Source of the DNA: a virus
Reading direction: 5' to 3' (one strand)
DNA length: 64,000 nucleotides
Virus record (IMG/VR): IMGVR_UViG_3300010885_033832
Location: 31,417 to 95,416 of that record
Shown: in pieces, positions 12,001-18,919 of the stretch
How the letters are laid out: every line of letters begins with the position of its first letter
How positions within the stretch are numbered: the stretch's first letter is position 1
Position numbers and translations under genes: made by a program
The notes under the pieces: model-generated
Database searches by the model: none
Told to the model about the DNA's origin: nothing
Seen by the model: the letters and a program-made list of their open reading frames with translations, nothing else

Positions 12001-13246
12001 GGTTTTTAGCAAGAGTCAATGTATATCCGTAGTCTTGCTCGAGAAATTTTTGATCGGCGAGTTTGCCAAACTTTTCTTGGTTGGCCGCTGCGGCTGCTTC
12101 GCGCTCTTCCTTGGTCATAGGGGGGGAAATTGGCGTCTGGAATCCGACTGACCGCTCCCGAGCGGGGGATTTTTTAGGCTTTTCTACAATCTCGCCATCT
12201 TCAGTAATATCGACAACATCTTCTTCATCTTGATTTTTAATGTCTTTATTAGATGGCTCTTCAGGCGTGACTACTTCTGGCTCTACTTTTGTATCTTCTT
12301 GGGCTTTTGTTTCTTTGTACTGAGCGCGAGTAGCATCAATCTTCTGCTGGAGGGCGGCGTCTTTCTTGTCGAAGTCTTTGTCCATGGGGTCGAGGTCTTG
12401 TTGCTTACCCTCGAGGGCAACAATCTCGTCAGCGAGTTGTGCTGAGGTCTTTTCGGTCGGCTTCTTAGCTGCAGCACCCTTACCCTTGGCAGTGCCGCTT
12501 GAGAGAGCGTCCCGGAGGGCACCCTTGGCACGGTTCTGCATGGCCGCGGCTTCTTCTTTAGACTCGGGGACCTTCTCGCCAGCCTCTTCAATGAGGGTGC
12601 GGTTGACCGTGGCAATAGCGTCTACCCAGTCGTCAGCCTCGTAACTCTCTCCGGTAAGTTTGTCTTTGATGAGGAACTTGCCCTCAGACGTAGTTGTGAC
12701 GTCGAAGTCGCCACCCTCAGTTTCGTAGTGACGGTTGCCATCCGAATTAGTTCCGAGGTCTTTCCACCCAAGGGGGACGTCGCGACGAGTGATGCTGGAA
12801 AGATCAGGAGTAGCGGTCGTTACCCGAGCTCCAGCAGGAGTCTTGACTCCGGCACGCTGAAGTGCTTCGGTGGAGAGTTCGGCCTCAACCTCAGAGGTTG
12901 CGCTGACGTCGACGTCATAGAATCCAGAGCGGATCCCAGCTTCTCGAGCCTGCTTGGGGTTGACGTAAATTTCAATGTTCTTGTCACCAGAACCAGGCTG
13001 GGTGACAGTACCTGTGATACGAACGGGCTTGGCGTTACCGTTCTTGTCGCGACCGAGAAGAGCAAACAAACGACGAAGGGCGCGCTTGAGGCCTCCACCC
13101 ATATAAATCCACTGACCACCGTTTTCTCCGCCTGGGTCACGGAGCTGTCGACGGGCTCGAAGTGAGAGGGCTAGGCGGGAGTTACCACCTGCTGCGATGA
13201 GCGCCTCAATCTCGTTGAAGTCGTCGAAGTCGTTATTGTCCGTCAC
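1..13246 (-). CDS. Giant (>4,415 aa) polyvalent, probably virion-associated protein with internal UvrD/Rep SF1 helicase; gene runs off the left edge
   Basis: GTG at 13246 with GGAGA SD. The frame reads as protein at both ends (MTDNNDFDDFNEIEALIAAGG... to ...YNASIEEIMQALE at base 2), and the ORF track lists no stop-bounded ORF in this frame. Helicase motifs: ARAGTGKTS (~4262-4290), VDEAQD (~3531-3548), GDNRQALYAFRG, TYRS, TVHGAKGLE (~1311-1337), LYVALSRA (~1160-1185). Confidence 0.92.
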   Translation of the reverse strand, partial: MTDNNDFDDFNEIEALIAAGGNSRLALSLRARRQLRDPGGENGGQWIYMGGGLKRALRRLFALLGRDKNGNAKPVRITGTVTQPGSGDKNIEIYVNPKQAREAGIRSGFYDVDVSATSEVEAELSTEALQRAGVKTPAGARVTTATPDLSSITRRDVPLGWKDLGTNSDGNRHYETEGGDFDVTTTSEGKFLIKDKLTGESYEADDWVDAIATVNRTLIEEAGEKVPESKEEAAAMQNRAKGALRDALSSGTAKGKGAAAKKPTEKTSAQLADEIVALEGKQQDLDPMDKDFDKKDAALQQKIDATRAQYKETKAQEDTKVEPEVVTPEEPSNKDIKNQDEEDVVDITEDGEIVEKPKKSPARERSVGFQTPISPPMTKEEREAAAAANQEKFGKLADQKFLEQDYGYTLTLAKNLATSAKFNLRARPGETKEEYDNRVKKTVSSIIEGLVKRSQGKKAKELYATLNGDKPAESFEDVYGKDVPDVPPVKEGTPVTAEDITDVETPGRDDSLIADVNNFQKSYKDAFKKHFNVDSKDLSRPKIKEHFKSVTGRELSDEDATKLLALRKTDAFKALEAKINQQAALSKDNQDLTREEAFNLLDAADAEITALGLDDEELQDMLLDDFRSDDLFEQVKFKKDVKSTPVATIPAADTNAPKKLPFSELRAGDVVTVDGKPVTVRSISTGVTWSGIGRDNERRGVIITFATDNPRKDLERKYENPTEIKDFDLVSRDATVPDLKKYGSFDQAIVDATPGLARRLNTNIAERRASGKALTLEQLLKEGGYAKRFDPDTNKYFVRIDERTSATDPEDHEVEVSKEVYDAFIVEEEIAATDADTATDELLSVDTSNMSYDEKVEFGQKLWDARAAAAKEQKDKTAGVEFLRKLAEIDPDMAEYYKAVDKINEWKGRPDADQTHVQNAIAALQSHYTFEVWPTLLKRYVKGTDKLPVKGAPRAKSVVPEKLLKDPVAKTATPATPATSATPADVKTAAERFVPYGEDGGTTRVTRLENGDIEIEKFGPNGQSLRLGVAVIKKKDISPSGLLGVVGGRPGESVIYHIPTGLVIQGNRKFLEAKKLTKDLDASDVDMDWGWTDGVKPYIKKTEALRDWLKARQQAQTPATPATPKVGDNVATIKDFKNLPAGSTIILRQGTNLPFRYTRSDSNDPNNLVSKGELQTNSGQWLEQAVLPSDKDITYQLGQRESTVERVGPAKPEIAPLKVGDQVTTLDELKTLPLNTVIFTPQSGRKQAMRLTVGPDGKVNGAQLLKKNTKNVWNGMVVPSEEQVAEFLKERTYTVETLPEAKAPAAPATPKPQANVLTRATKAFLLNGKTGDRVFFNRRGGKFQEVVRGDDGYWYDANNPDTGIASGEDLAAALDQGSISNLYKGEFPRNDKGVKLSSEAFQALKVEQDKIDAAKKAARTTKAPAAPAVPATPTSTAVSDDDIQEILDKYNNSIDEMQADYDAVKKDYDDGVFNDTLERKARAELVMKLLAAAIDRAKTPSGFDSPTNKAYVQNLEKRRKLVDDILNRNANGQLSLSPDRVDELTKYRDDIDFAINKSREDNVAIPTEVYNGYINSKVADLSEEETAVSSTGDPYNDLKNSLLDPDVDSALSDVKDLFDYVDELDEISDEDRQSLIEALNTLVEAVETRMRDFDDDPEVQELAQEALSDIKKQVNKLLGIEEEVDPNAFSDKDVDDLIAEMNNDVEALQAKLDQIRAAIDSGRFDDNLENKANFEKLARIHEAAIKKLKAASTATTTEDSDEEIARKLKRERLKALLGEEDGDAVLSLIDDFNSTIEGLDDLSNRQDRDDLRGYLKDIEQLVGDTPDSQEIFDLISELTDDNITLFLGDEVDSVDQLNDSVEGAEADFRINDPELDDEFYTKRDGLWFNVADGEDAVGLSSEELFAKTENGYINLQGPGDEDDETTTTTDEENLTPVTGIADVTGVPRGSRVVIRYEDDETKKNIFEFYQVREDGTTSWRRLNPATGKFFPESYTAADLIDIQKRRYDPSKLKRMEGTGQMFINQDAGIPDGAEEEVPPTSGGQGQRDTGAGQDKDKDQDKDEKAEAKETIKRFKDALNAYESFTQILNDIEEIGEVEVVYGTEKDDRGVDQPRKFFLNAENYADFVDGVNQDLTDLGQNLNDNQKDALRGLYNDYGVEMDRLKDARLSMAEKKRRIEEIMRRRKLLAGVINGKDYTEPDPEPEEGGESGQGGEQPGTGQGEGAKPGGKTPPPGGPGGPGGGGGSGGGGGGGGRRPRDKEPRGKKNWWDEYPELVEEELPINSRTDFNAPIFQDKRVRKLIDIQRRLEDAHREYNRVRKMIENADQMGIISRTELLRDFNFWRGRITILENQIAAEERKLNISIKDLDDRINEEMKSGDYVNDEGAPYSPTADRFADGPVGADPRAVFNAWQAFKDTKFMPLKVDDIISNIDYLEDRVRRAYFDAREAQKNPDASASEKAAAFANFQRAEKERSDFVTDSYKFLQRLDPNERALWDRWAYKRSVQIRKMYDENDMVGYIKHIEFFGGLIPLIELGKKGKSDSQDGQPDGRGPSGPFLPLEGNPPPKGPGALPSEPSKPEPEPSDGDGSRPSAASEDEEDYTESTNYRDFLSIPIEEFARRRKQALRKWREYQELLGELNNEKSEYANSLDNPDEQYLTDEQREILNGYSERIAKAQERQETVQRVIAAFTEASGRRPDRGRAPKQEDAEEGKGAGAALPDEIDMSISTVDDLNSATAGDIVSNGVDNFVRGSDGLWYAADDAGVSDNTRSYSSSEVFDALDAADGQSEISGSRAPFTPSLTNSERPVTSQDRNQSASRTRVTSADIFDVAPTGARISRDVIAGADGESTKGARQVSLDTYAKGEDGQWYRVSPETDLTEEDPISDAQKSALISEIDSGMIFISDKKQSLRDALSDQQNSTGTGAASRVSKSGEPDNFSKIRRGKVGGYKARTYTAEQVYQQTGITPSEQQLKIINDFGQNQSMVIVARAGTGKTSTLKLLSDMFPEHKILLAAFNRSTAEEAAARFGANVQARTLDSLGFFGVEMTLDDPNTTYVDSDLKATKRATLNAKLDLSMGAKDGRSAKLDSTSFMSAYEATELYGIEEVVISKDDKITSDIIFSDLMSGIANGFASTADRKITLDHLLPHMSSALRKKVLKDEALAWDYVKIAQRMWDENITVPITIKNKLAFSAIDGQPFSPLPVTNSMLSKIWQLSGLANVVKKVPGGSTADTLFVDEAQDLNAAQIDLVNQLAMPNEDGLAVQVVVVGDNRQALYAFRGAVNQMFKFYDQADSVADVKNGLTKTYRSPQALVDVANVPLWLMGEPLRTTSGKSDEAPKGKIFSRILPPEVLKKMTPEIQAAIKRAGGTSMPTEQVDMHIEATNTALLGVLPTYASAGRRVAINANRREEFITNIEALSLMQMRPTTRSRKEAFANHEMGVFQNYPDLRLNAPGTSGEQSIMDKYRKGGAGLSSKVIAFLRVAEEFGMISDDTKTVKEKSSDGKTIKKDVVVKAVERRQEMLRLIRQTVSPKPSYLISGQKDYVEEYEGLITPNIPQRMADLDGDGFDFEPLVPGRFKYAVTKGKSSELLNLRITGSNIGLLGFRQRLERSKRDLLADPNISDRLREELELIKFNTTDKEFEGMRIANVYPGSDTVNVLLKEAAKARSRIEALDKDKLMGDVSMPTDAEFRAAGGKPIVKQFYTSTNFALRDEDGNVLRDPDKINKAGNPSVILGEGVVELLFERNEGTKIVTVSILDGGLKYQADASVHNPLSKDALNVLGFESTYREAEKADKPTPGEFSKFYTNNLGKEDKKRTNSPNEKPSLKQNLPGLIDFKYSLGAGNLVTFGLEGAPDEEGTPTIESLRTYIVSEGSDGEDMLTLWSNGKAVGSPKPREEVVGQFIDGRAKNKESTDDLFYAVAYAQYETIRPGQTVFQMSAVDKSARTKYSALIDGTKSGDPYTDELGYDVALLTVHGAKGLEAPNVKVGDSVFAFWEVEKNADGEPKRELRDLSDDEIMQQANMLYVALSRAEEAMDIGNMARLLEIAATVEDLLQERGIDKKDLEDYDIWSTTTSAYPTDFFIEQYKEAYEEQEKGKEKGAGPASTSSRARRASRATMALPEGINLENPSVQWRSPTSTSTHYQDFPALPEPFDNSLDWRRIPGDAPFPILEKFSEEQLLGFAKFLVDRNNNPSLEIPTGDPAIEALYKRKTNLRGLYEGLIFKRLRAKENAGVVIPEVRRQFAALFDGELDKLNAYFAEPADAPEVPEVPEVPVAPDTPEVAPPTETVTPPKAPRKPRPPRKPAQPPAEPVEETPAPKASEDVLDILKSFDFLMGGDSADKPEDSGKGAGSRQAPTTGQSQLSPDTMAEIFDRYALLAQYRKAMSEGRMSVPLEYSAGGVANRYNASIEEIMQALE

Positions 13247-13326
13247 AAAATCTCCAATGCGGATCTGGCTAGCAGAGCGTAGGTCTTAGAACTATTTTAC
13301 ACTAATAATGGTGTCTAGTGTTGAGT

Positions 13327-13494
13327 CTACTTGTTCTTGCGTTCGGCTATTTTCTTGAGCAGGCCACGTCGGATGTACTCCGCCTCGTGCGCCAAAGAAC
13401 CTCGGGATCCAGCAACAATGAGGTCGGACTCGGGGACCTGTGACAGGTCCTCATCGTCTCCAGGGAACAAGTTGTCAACAATTTCTTTAGCCAT
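13327..13494 (-). CDS. Small hypothetical protein, 55 aa (MAKEIVDNLFPGDDEDL...)
   Basis: Fills the gap between genes; TAGGAT -10 lies 6 nt upstream of the ATG (leaderless). Confidence 0.7.
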   Translation of the reverse strand: MAKEIVDNLFPGDDEDLSQVPESDLIVAGSRGSLAHEAEYIRRGLLKKIAERKNK

Positions 13495-13523
13495 GTGTCT
13501 ATCCTATCTAACTTTGTCTCAGA

Positions 13524-15005
13524 CTAGAAAACGTACTTCTCAATAAAGTCGCGGAGGGCGTCGGGGATTCGAGAGTCAATGCCAGCGCCAGAGAACTTTT
13601 CCATGAATACCTGAGCAAAAAGTTCGGCAAACGCTTCGTACGGGTTAGTCATTCCATACTCGCTGAGCGCGGCCAAGATCCATGGGTTAGCCTGAATGAG
13701 TTTGGCTAGTCGAGCTGAAAACTGAGCTGCGTCTTCGCGTTCTCCGTTGAAGTCGACCTCTTCTGTTACACCCTCAGGGGAGTCGCCAAAGTCGATGACG
13801 TGCCCCCACTCATGGTTGATCACATACTCAACAAATCGGTCTACCCCACCTGAGTAAGCAGCCATCATCTGCCATGCCTGATCACCGCGCTGTGCTTTTA
13901 GACGTTGTCTATCAAAGAACCTGTCAAGACGGTCTTGCGCGGCAATGTTGTCAGGGAGGAGGACCGACGCGTCAACAATGATTGACCTCGTGGCTTTGTC
14001 GTAAGTTGGTTCACCATTTTGATCTAAATACGAGACTGTGGAGCTTCGAGCATACCCAGTGTAATTATCGTTGTCTGTATCATCAGGAATTCGATTAGCC
14101 AAAATAGTTACTTCAACAAGTCCTCCAGTGTCCTTGGTGTTATCACGAAGCTTTTGAATATTCTTGAGGAAAGAGTCAATCTTATTGGGGTGCGCCCTAA
14201 ATTCTTTACTGATTGCAACGGTAACATTGCCTAGCCGATAAAGATCGACATTCTCGTAGGCTTCAGCCTGTTTCGCAATAAAATCTTGCTGAATATCGAG
14301 GATATCCTTGCGAAGACGATCCTCCCACCCCGGACCATCAGCTTTGTAGCTATCGATGATGCTAGCGCTACTAGGGTCACTGATAAATCGATCATATTGC
14401 CTACTCGCAACGCGCCCAGCAATCTCATCAAGATAGGACGAGGCCGATACATTTTCCCAGCCGTCGATATCTACGCGGGGGAGAGACCGAGCACTCCCAG
14501 CATCTCGCGCCATAGAAGACCCGGGAGTGACGTCGGGACTTTGATATCGCTGGGTGTAGTCGTCGTCAATGATGATTTCTATACCATCGTCGTCTTCGCC
14601 CATCTGAGAGGCAGCACCCTTACCCATGTCGGAGAGATTAGGGATGTTGCTAAGATCGGTGGGAGGCTTGGATTTGATTCCCAGTTTACGAAGAGTGCTT
14701 TCGGGAATAATGGCACTGGCTTGAGTAAGATTTTTAGAATCAGCGAGGTAGTCTCCGCCGGGGACGTCGCCACCGTTCTTAGCATCGACGCGGACAACGG
14801 CTTGGGTCGGCGACGTGATTTTGACAATCTTGCCAACACCACTACCAATTTTTCCATTAGCAAGGCGTGCAAAGAAGCGGACTAAACCGCCCATGTAAAT
14901 CCACTGGCCTTCTGCATCTCGCAGTTGCCACTTCCAGTTGTCGTTTCCTTGGAAGGCGGCAGATACTAGTGAGTCAATGTCTCCATCGTTACTCTGTGGT
15001 GCCAT
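13524..15005 (-). CDS. Virion/head-associated protein with C-terminal zincin metallopeptidase
   Basis: HEWGH...SEYGMTNPYEAFAELF zincin signature; N-terminal QLRDxxGQWIYMGG motif shared with the giant ORF. Confidence 0.75.
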   Translation of the reverse strand: MAPQSNDGDIDSLVSAAFQGNDNWKWQLRDAEGQWIYMGGLVRFFARLANGKIGSGVGKIVKITSPTQAVVRVDAKNGGDVPGGDYLADSKNLTQASAIIPESTLRKLGIKSKPPTDLSNIPNLSDMGKGAASQMGEDDDGIEIIIDDDYTQRYQSPDVTPGSSMARDAGSARSLPRVDIDGWENVSASSYLDEIAGRVASRQYDRFISDPSSASIIDSYKADGPGWEDRLRKDILDIQQDFIAKQAEAYENVDLYRLGNVTVAISKEFRAHPNKIDSFLKNIQKLRDNTKDTGGLVEVTILANRIPDDTDNDNYTGYARSSTVSYLDQNGEPTYDKATRSIIVDASVLLPDNIAAQDRLDRFFDRQRLKAQRGDQAWQMMAAYSGGVDRFVEYVINHEWGHVIDFGDSPEGVTEEVDFNGEREDAAQFSARLAKLIQANPWILAALSEYGMTNPYEAFAELFAQVFMEKFSGAGIDSRIPDALRDFIEKYVF

Positions 15006-15699
15006 CGTACTTGTCCATTAGCGTCAGACCATCTGCGTCATCGAGGTCTGGGTCAAGAGCGGACGTTGGTGTCCACCGAGGTTTGTCGATGCGGTCAAGG
15101 TCGTTGGCTAAACGCTGTTCAGCGTTAGCCTCAATCTCAAGTAACTGCTGGACATACTGAGGGTCGTCTTCAGGATCGTCCACCTCATCTTGCTGGGCTA
15201 TTTCTGCAGCAGCAACAATGACCGAGTCTGCCAAGTCAACAAGGTAGGCGTAACTCACGCCTTGGTCCATGATGGCGTAGTTGTTGAACTCACGCTCAAG
15301 GCTTCGTGGCTGAGCACAGATTGATGCAATAAGGGCATCTTCGATAGATGCAGGAGCCTGCGTCGAGAGGTATTCAGCAAGAGCAGCGCGGGGCTGAGCG
15401 TCGGGGCGTCGAGGGTGTCCGTCAGGGAGGAGTTCCGTGTAGGAGGTGAGGACGTTGCTGTGGATGTTCTCCGCGTCGGAGATGTAGTTCATGACCTCGC
15501 GGAATGCCTGGGCGTCTCCGTATCCTTGGTAGCGCTCGTTGGCGTAAATGTAGGACAAGACCTCGTGATCGATATAAACCCGACTCTTGTCAGCAACCTC
15601 AAAGGCAGATGCGAGAAGAGGGTCTACCGCTGGTGCGGGGAGAGACTTCTTAGCGCGGAGAGGCTCTTCGTCGTAGGAATCAATGATGTCTTGGAACAT
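14989..15699 (-). CDS. Acidic hypothetical head-region protein
   Basis: 236-aa ORF, leaderless TAGAAT promoter, ELLPDGHP motif. Confidence 0.75.
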   Translation of the reverse strand: MFQDIIDSYDEEPLRAKKSLPAPAVDPLLASAFEVADKSRVYIDHEVLSYIYANERYQGYGDAQAFREVMNYISDAENIHSNVLTSYTELLPDGHPRRPDAQPRAALAEYLSTQAPASIEDALIASICAQPRSLEREFNNYAIMDQGVSYAYLVDLADSVIVAAAEIAQQDEVDDPEDDPQYVQQLLEIEANAEQRLANDLDRIDKPRWTPTSALDPDLDDADGLTLMDKYDGTTE

Positions 15700-15708
15700 G
15701 GTGCGATT

Positions 15709-16146
15709 CTACCTCTCGGTCTTGTACGGAAGCAAATCAGCGTCGGGCGATTCGTAAGTCTGGGTCGCCAAGCTAGTTACGCGGGAGAAGGGGTCGTCAC
15801 CTTCGGAGACAGCGCGGAGCCACGTGGCCCGAAGGGCGGGGACAATCTCGTGCCCGAGTCCCGAGTATTCTGCCAAAGAGAACAGCGCATGCTCAGGGGA
15901 GGAGTATTCCTCCTCAGGAAGGATGGTCGTGAAGGACGGAACCTCGGGAAGTTCATAAATAGGAATGTAGTTGTCCGAAACCGCATACTGAGCCGCTTCT
16001 CGAGGGGTGAACCCTGACGCCGTAACCGCGTAGCGGTAGCGGGCACGTACATCAAGTGGGTCGAGGTTCTTTTCGTCAGCGGTCTTGTGGAGGAGTGACT
16101 CCACCTCAACCGAGAACATGAGTGGACGCTCTGGATACTGGTTCAT
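15709..16146 (-). CDS. Hypothetical head-region protein (ends DADLLP)
   Basis: ATG just after the portal stop with GAGG SD; 145 aa. Confidence 0.75.
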   Translation of the reverse strand: MNQYPERPLMFSVEVESLLHKTADEKNLDPLDVRARYRYAVTASGFTPREAAQYAVSDNYIPIYELPEVPSFTTILPEEEYSSPEHALFSLAEYSGLGHEIVPALRATWLRAVSEGDDPFSRVTSLATQTYESPDADLLPYKTER

Positions 16147-16147
16147 A

Positions 16148-17779
16148 TTAGACCTCGGGTTCTGCAAGTGGGACAGGAGGAAGTGCCTCAGGTGGTGCTT
16201 CACCTGGGTTTACGGGTGTGGGTCCGGGAGCGCCGAGAGGCTGACCTGCGAGAGCCTGTTGGACCTCGGGTGGGATCGGAGCGGGGTTGTTAGCCTGTGC
16301 GCCCTGACGGATTGTCTCCATAACCTCGGGTGCGAACGCCGAGAGCATGGCTTCGGTGAGTTCGGGCGTGATAACGGCGCGAGACTGAAGCAGGCGGAGC
16401 GTAAGTTCAGTTGGCGTGGGTGCATCGGCGTCGGAGAAGCCGTGGGCACGTCGCCACGTCTGGTACGAGATCGCCATGTTGCTAAATCCAGCATCTGCAT
16501 CAGCCGCGCGGTCGTTTCGAGTCGAAACTTCGGCGGGGTCATACCAAACTACAACGCGAGAGATCTCTTCGTCGATGAACCCGAGGCTTTTGAGGTAGGG
16601 GCGGAGGTAGACAACGGTCAACGCGTCAGACAGGAGCAACATGATGGGTTCGATGTGTGCCTTGTAGAGGCTTTCATCAATTTGGACGGCGTTGGAGTAC
16701 TTGACGTTGGCAAGACCAGTAACGGTGTCCTTAGGAACGTCGAGGCCCTGCAAGATACGCTCCAAAACTCGGTCTGAACGCTGAGCGAGGGCTGGGTCAA
16801 AGGAACGCTCAAACTTAAACTGCTTAATCTTGTCGGCAAGCTCGGCTGGGCCGCGAATAATGAGTGGCACGACGGCGCTCGCAGAGGATTCGTCCGAGAT
16901 CGGAGTCGTCATGGCGTCAACGAGTTGATCTTCGAAGTCGTCCTCCTGCTCCTCAGGCAAAATGTTGGTTCCTTGCTCGTCATCGTCCGAGTAGGGGTAG
17001 TCAGCATCGGCAGAAGCGGCCAAAGAGAGGCCGTCGGGGAGGTAGAGTGCTCCGGCGTTGAGGCGCGAGCGTGCTGTAGCGCGGAAGGTGCGGTTCAAGA
17101 GGAGAAGTTCGGCGCACAGGTCGAGGACACCGCGCATTGAAGAGTCTGGCTCGTCCGAGAAGCGGGGGTGAGCTCGCCAAATGCGTCCGACGAAGGCTGA
17201 CTTAGAGATAGGGATAGAATCTCCTGCTGGTGAGTCGCGTCGCTGGAGGATGGAGTAGTTTCCACGTGCGTCCATGACTAATTCGTCGGTGGAACGGATA
17301 TCCCAGCTCTCAAGGAGGCCAGAACCAATCATTTCGGGACGCTGGACGAGGTAGCACTCGCCTGTGACGCAGAGATTGAGAGCAGCGTCGCGCAAGAGGC
17401 CAGCCTGACCACCAAAGGTTGAGCTGAGGCGAGCAAGACCACGTTCTGCAGCCTCCGCCATACCGTCGGGGATCATATCGGACGAACGAGCGTTGACTGG
17501 AGTCTCGGCGGGGTTCTCAATAACGGCTGCGTAGAGCTTGATTCGGGAAACGATAGACGCAACGAGGTTGAAGGCATACTTGACTTCACCAATAGCGTCG
17601 TAGTATTCCCACGCCTCTTGTTGCCACTGCGTTCCGCCCGATGCCTTGCGACGTTTGAAGGCTTCGCCCTCGGCTTTGTCGTCGAGACGCATGCGAGTAG
17701 CAGCAGCGGTCAGTCCTCGGGGGGCTGCGTAGGGGGCAGCGGTGAAGGGGATGCCCGAGTCCTTGCGAAAAACGCCCAC
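16148..17779 (-). CDS. Portal protein
   Basis: 543 aa; WQQEAWEYYDAIGEVKY...IWRAHPRF...SSMRGVLD resembles actinophage portals; lies in the terminase neighbourhood. Confidence 0.85.
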   Translation of the reverse strand: MGVFRKDSGIPFTAAPYAAPRGLTAAATRMRLDDKAEGEAFKRRKASGGTQWQQEAWEYYDAIGEVKYAFNLVASIVSRIKLYAAVIENPAETPVNARSSDMIPDGMAEAAERGLARLSSTFGGQAGLLRDAALNLCVTGECYLVQRPEMIGSGLLESWDIRSTDELVMDARGNYSILQRRDSPAGDSIPISKSAFVGRIWRAHPRFSDEPDSSMRGVLDLCAELLLLNRTFRATARSRLNAGALYLPDGLSLAASADADYPYSDDDEQGTNILPEEQEDDFEDQLVDAMTTPISDESSASAVVPLIIRGPAELADKIKQFKFERSFDPALAQRSDRVLERILQGLDVPKDTVTGLANVKYSNAVQIDESLYKAHIEPIMLLLSDALTVVYLRPYLKSLGFIDEEISRVVVWYDPAEVSTRNDRAADADAGFSNMAISYQTWRRAHGFSDADAPTPTELTLRLLQSRAVITPELTEAMLSAFAPEVMETIRQGAQANNPAPIPPEVQQALAGQPLGAPGPTPVNPGEAPPEALPPVPLAEPEV

Positions 17780-17781
17780 GC

Positions 17782-18078
17782 TTACGTCCTATCTAGAAAA
17801 TCAGAGATAATTCCCGTCACAGCAGAGAGTGCGAGCACCACGCAGACAGGGAAAAATATGGTTGGTATAAGTATACAACCGATTACAATAAGTGAGGCCG
17901 TCCAAATGGACGTGCACCAGTTGCAGGTGAGGAGGTACCCGAGTTGAGTGTTCGGGGGGAACCGCTTCCAGATTCGATCCCGAATGGGCGCGGAAATTTG
18001 GTCGGTTGTGATGATCCGCGCGAGGCGGAAGGTTGCCAAGGTGAGGGTCAGGAGAATTATGGGGTCTGTGAAACTCAT
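17782..18078 (-). CDS. DUF1360-like membrane protein
   Basis: LATFRLARIITTD...YLLTCNWCTSIW plus TM helices; typical position next to portal. Confidence 0.75.
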   Translation of the reverse strand: MSFTDPIILLTLTLATFRLARIITTDQISAPIRDRIWKRFPPNTQLGYLLTCNWCTSIWTASLIVIGCILIPTIFFPVCVVLALSAVTGIISDFLDRT

Positions 18079-18419
18079 GCGAGAGCCTTGTAGGGGTTCC
18101 ATGAGCGGAGGCGCGACCCACAACCACAACTCGAGGTGATGTGGAAGGCGATTTGACGCCCTCCTCGAGTCTGGATGCGATGGAGGCCTCGACGTTCGGC
18201 GTCGCGGATGTAGAGTCCGGGGTCGTACTCTTCTTTGAACACAACTTGAGGCCCGCCCGGCCCGTCCTGCGCCATGATGATGTGCGTAGGAGTGACAATG
18301 ATACGGACAGCCGTGATGTCATGCCTTTCCGCGACAGAGAAGTCAAAGGTGTTGAGGGGCTGATCGGTGGCTGGGCGGAGGATGGCCTCGGCGGGAAACA
18401 GGTCTTGGAGGATTTTCAC
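18075..18419 (-). CDS. Hypothetical protein with C-terminal CGCG motif
   Basis: 114 aa, overlapping start/stop with neighbours. Confidence 0.7.
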   Translation of the reverse strand: MKILQDLFPAEAILRPATDQPLNTFDFSVAERHDITAVRIIVTPTHIIMAQDGPGGPQVVFKEEYDPGLYIRDAERRGLHRIQTRGGRQIAFHITSSCGCGSRLRSWNPYKALA

Positions 18420-18907
18420 TAGTTCTTGATCCTTTTGTACATTGCGCGGTAGGAAACCTTGGCCGCGTCGGCTAGTTCTTGAATCTTAACGCCATTTTCA
18501 TAGAGAGAGACAACAAGAATAGTGAGTTGCTGATTCGCGAGGGCGTAAGGGTGGTTGAGGGCGTGACGCGAACGGAAAAGTCGGGCTTGTTGGGAAAGGT
18601 ACAAGATGGTTGACAGGTCGGTCGGGTTGACACCAGGCGAGGGAAGTCGACGATTGACGTACTCGGAGAGGTGTGGGATGGGGATTGGGGTGGTATCCGT
18701 GGTTAGAGTGAGGGTTTCGTGGATCCAGTAGTGAAGAGCGCTTCTCGAACGTCGAGCGTGGCGGGGGAGGGCTTCTTGGATGGAGCGAAGAGTCCATCCT
18801 GCATTGAAGAGATCGCGTACTCGTTCGCGGAGGTGTTGAGGGGCGAGATCGTACAGGTAGACGGATTCACATTCGGGGAGGTGCTGTCCACGGGCTGACT
18901 TTCTCAT
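18419..18907 (-). CDS. Tandem helix-turn-helix DNA-binding protein
   Basis: GWTLRSIQEAL and LYENGVKIQELADAAKVSY HTH-like segments; leaderless TAAAAT promoter. Confidence 0.65.
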   Translation of the reverse strand: MRKSARGQHLPECESVYLYDLAPQHLRERVRDLFNAGWTLRSIQEALPRHARRSRSALHYWIHETLTLTTDTTPIPIPHLSEYVNRRLPSPGVNPTDLSTILYLSQQARLFRSRHALNHPYALANQQLTILVVSLYENGVKIQELADAAKVSYRAMYKRIKN

Positions 18908-18919
18908 GGTTTCATTTTA

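Noticed and set aside
180-13165. Numerous track ORFs on both strands (e.g. 5332..6117, 7337..7840)
   Set aside because: Shadow frames of the single giant minus-strand ORF
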